Origin: Botryllus schlosseri
Lineage: Eukaryota
Direction of reading: 5' to 3'
Assembly: GCA_051294905.1 (NCBI GenBank)
Contig: CM119372.1
Location: 19,656,001-19,720,000, forward strand
DNA length: 64,000 bases
Shown here: piece after piece, positions 61,454-64,000 of the stretch
How positions within the stretch are numbered: position 1 is the stretch's first letter
Layout: every line of letters starts with the position of its first letter
The notes under the pieces: model-generated
What the model saw: the letters and a program-made list of their open reading frames with translations, nothing else
Database searches by the model: none
Told to the model about the DNA's origin: nothing
Made by a program: the position numbers and the translations under genes

Positions 61454-62561
61454 GTTTGTTGCATGATAATTATTATGGTCCTTTACACTGAAATGTAGCG
61501 ACAAACCCCAGCGACAAACTCCATTACCCGAGATGTGAAACGTTAGTGGGGGCACATGGAAGGGTTTATTATTACAAGCAAACACTTTCTATGTTCTAAA
61601 TCCTAAATTTAGGACTTGAAACGTCTCTTATTCCCAGATCACGCACGCATGTATATATATCGAAGTTTTCGGTCAGCACAGGGGCAGTCCTTTTCCGCCA
61701 AGGTTTTCTCGCTGCTGATCGTTCTGGCGCACTTCTCACAGTCGCATGTTACATGACCTATAACTTTATATGTCTTGGTTCGCCGTGGCGCGGTAATGGC
61801 CGACGCCCAAGTGGCAATTTTTATAAATCATGCGTGTTTTTTTGTTGGGGAAAGGGTACCCAATAATTAATATAATTGACAAAATTGAAACGCGGCTTGC
61901 GCGAAATTTTTTTTTGAAAAATTCCAAAATAATACACCATGATTTATGTTAATTCACGAAATAATTTTGGGTCTCCTTCGAGCTCGGCCCCTCCCATGGG
62001 GGTTTGGGGAGCGTCAGTTACGGTCCTGAGTAAATCTTACGCAATGTTCATGCCACGCGGAGAAGACTATTCATTAGTTTCTCGCAGATTAACTTCGAGC
62101 TAGTCCATTGTTATTTATAACTTTGTTACATCAAGTTATTTCGCCATCCCCAGAAAATGATGCGCTATTGAAATGATATCAGTATCGCTCACGCGTACGC
62201 GACCATACTAAAAGAAAAATATCTTTCGTGAGGCGCACGTGATTGCAAATTCTCATTTCTTCACGGAGTGCAGTATTTACCTATGCGGGCCGCACGTGTA
62301 CCTCGGTTTCAGACTTCAGTGGTAAGACTATTCGCCGCTGGTAATGTTTCCTCTAATTTTTCATGAGTCTGCGCGCCTGCTTGGTCCCTTGGACAACTGT
62401 GCGCAACGATTAAAAACGCATCACTTCGGATTTTTTGTGCGCAGCTCGGATTTTCTGTGCGCAGAGACTGTTTCAGCACACGCATTTGCGCACGTGCGCT
62501 GCTTAGAGGGAACATTGCTCATTTGGCAAGGACATGATTATTCGGCGCTTGGACCCATAAC

Positions 62562-63412
62562 TGGGGCAAGTTTTTGCAACTTTTGCAACTTCTTTTACAG
62601 CTTCCGACAGCTTCGTAGATATTCAGAATTTAGGTACTATGATGTTTTAAGCGGTTTCGAGGGATTTCATATTCAACTTTTTGCAACTTTTCTCTATTTT
62701 TCATAGCCAATTTTTACTGCAACTTTTATCAAATATTGCTTAAATATGTAAAGGGGCGATTTAAAAACATGCTATCAGCTATTTCTAGTATGGTTCTACT
62801 CTCTTCGATTTGCATAACAAAGATCTATACGATGGGCTAGCTGCATCTCACTGTTATCAATGAAACAATGGAGGAAAGTTCAACTCGCCTTGCCAAGCAC
62901 GACGTTGCCCGAATAATATGTAAATAGATCGCTTTATTAATTCTATATCGTTTGAATTTGCAATGGTTTCCCATTTCACGAAAATTACATTTTCACTGGG
63001 TCCCCTTTTTCAGGCTATTGATTTTGTTAAAGTTGCCAAGAGTGAGTTTTTCTGTAATGCCTTGGGTTAAGTTTGCAGACCCAGGGGTTTGGGTTGTGTT
63101 ATTCTACTTGTTTTAGGGGGAGGTGGATATCGCTGTGCCGTTTGGCTTTTGGGTGGGAAATTATTCCCGCATCGCATGATTTTCTTGCTGTGTGTCGGAC
63201 AAAAATGTAATTTTGGGCGGTTTTGTCAGACCGTTAAAGGGCGAAGTAACAAATTTGGCAGCTCTGCAGGAACTAGGTTATACAACGGAACCTTTCGAGT
63301 ATTTCATACCCCAATAATTCAACAAAAATTATAAATGCAACCCTTTACTGCAACTTTTGTTAAAATTGCATGCAACTTTCTCTCGATTTTAGTGCAACAA
63401 AAACTTGCCCTA
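62562..63412. mobile_element. hAT MITE (TTGCA-repeat family) with an internal insertion
   Basis: Ends TGGGGCAAGTTTTTG...AAAACTTGCCCTA with TSD CCCATAAC/CTCATAAC. It is an inverted relative of 37315-37720. Confidence 0.8.
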
Positions 63413-64000
63413 CTCATAACTATCGAGGATTTCGGCTAATACGCTAAATATTGTAGCCATATACCACGATCTACGAAAATGTCACCGGCTCTTGGCTACG
63501 CCAATGCGGCGGAACTGATATTTTAGACATCAAAATCCGAAATCAGATTGTGGTTATTTCATTTTGGTAATTTATTTTTTATGATAGAACTAATTTCGCG
63601 AATTACCCCGCGGGCCAACCAAAACCTTCTCGCGGGTCACATGTGGCCCATGGGCCACGGGTTGACCGGCCCTGAACTACGTTGACCCTTATGGCCGTTT
63701 TCGGTCGATCCAATTCATAGACACGATCGAGGCCTACGATACTTATATCGTAGGCCCCGGCACGATACACGAAAAGTCAGTCACAACTTTGTAAAAATTT
63801 CCGGACAGACACAATCAAGGAATAAAATTTAATGGTAATATTCTTTCCAGAATCCTAGTACTTTTTTACGGTGCATTAAGCACACCAAACTTCGTTCTCG
63901 TTGTACCTACAACATGCGTTCAGGACCTACTATTCAATAGACCTTTATGGCTAATGATTCTGTTCGTTGCCTGGTTAAAAAACTCATTGCCTGGTTAAAA

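Overview
This is AT-rich eukaryotic animal DNA with GT-AG introns, some as short as 60-64 bp, and dense non-autonomous transposons. It is probably an invertebrate chordate such as a tunicate, but that is an inference. Hand-spliced gene models give five genes. (1) The last two coding exons of ATP6AP1/Ac45 (+, 901-2566). (2) A complete 4-exon Barx homeobox gene (+, 21902-24280, 440 aa). (3) A complete 4-exon MRPL51 (+, 34192-38286). (4) An unrecognised 6-exon gene (-, 56283-41136, 669 aa) with a myristoylation-like MGNAES start, a central coiled coil and a low-complexity tail. (5) The first three coding exons of a furin/PC5-like proprotein convertase (+, 60538-61453, continuing beyond the window). 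A weaker 3-exon model lies head-to-head with MRPL51. Much of the remainder is hAT-type MITEs with 8-bp TSDs (often nested several levels deep), L2/CR1-group LINE 3' remnants, tRNA-derived SINEs and long palindromes. The most unusual observation is in intron 1 of the orphan gene. It holds an inverted ~430-bp copy of the gene's own intron4/exon5 junction (about 87% identical over the exon part), sandwiched between halves of a MITE. The pre-mRNA could therefore fold into a long duplex rich in A:C mismatches, a candidate self-editing, splice-regulating or circRNA device. No CRISPR, rRNA or intact transposase was found.
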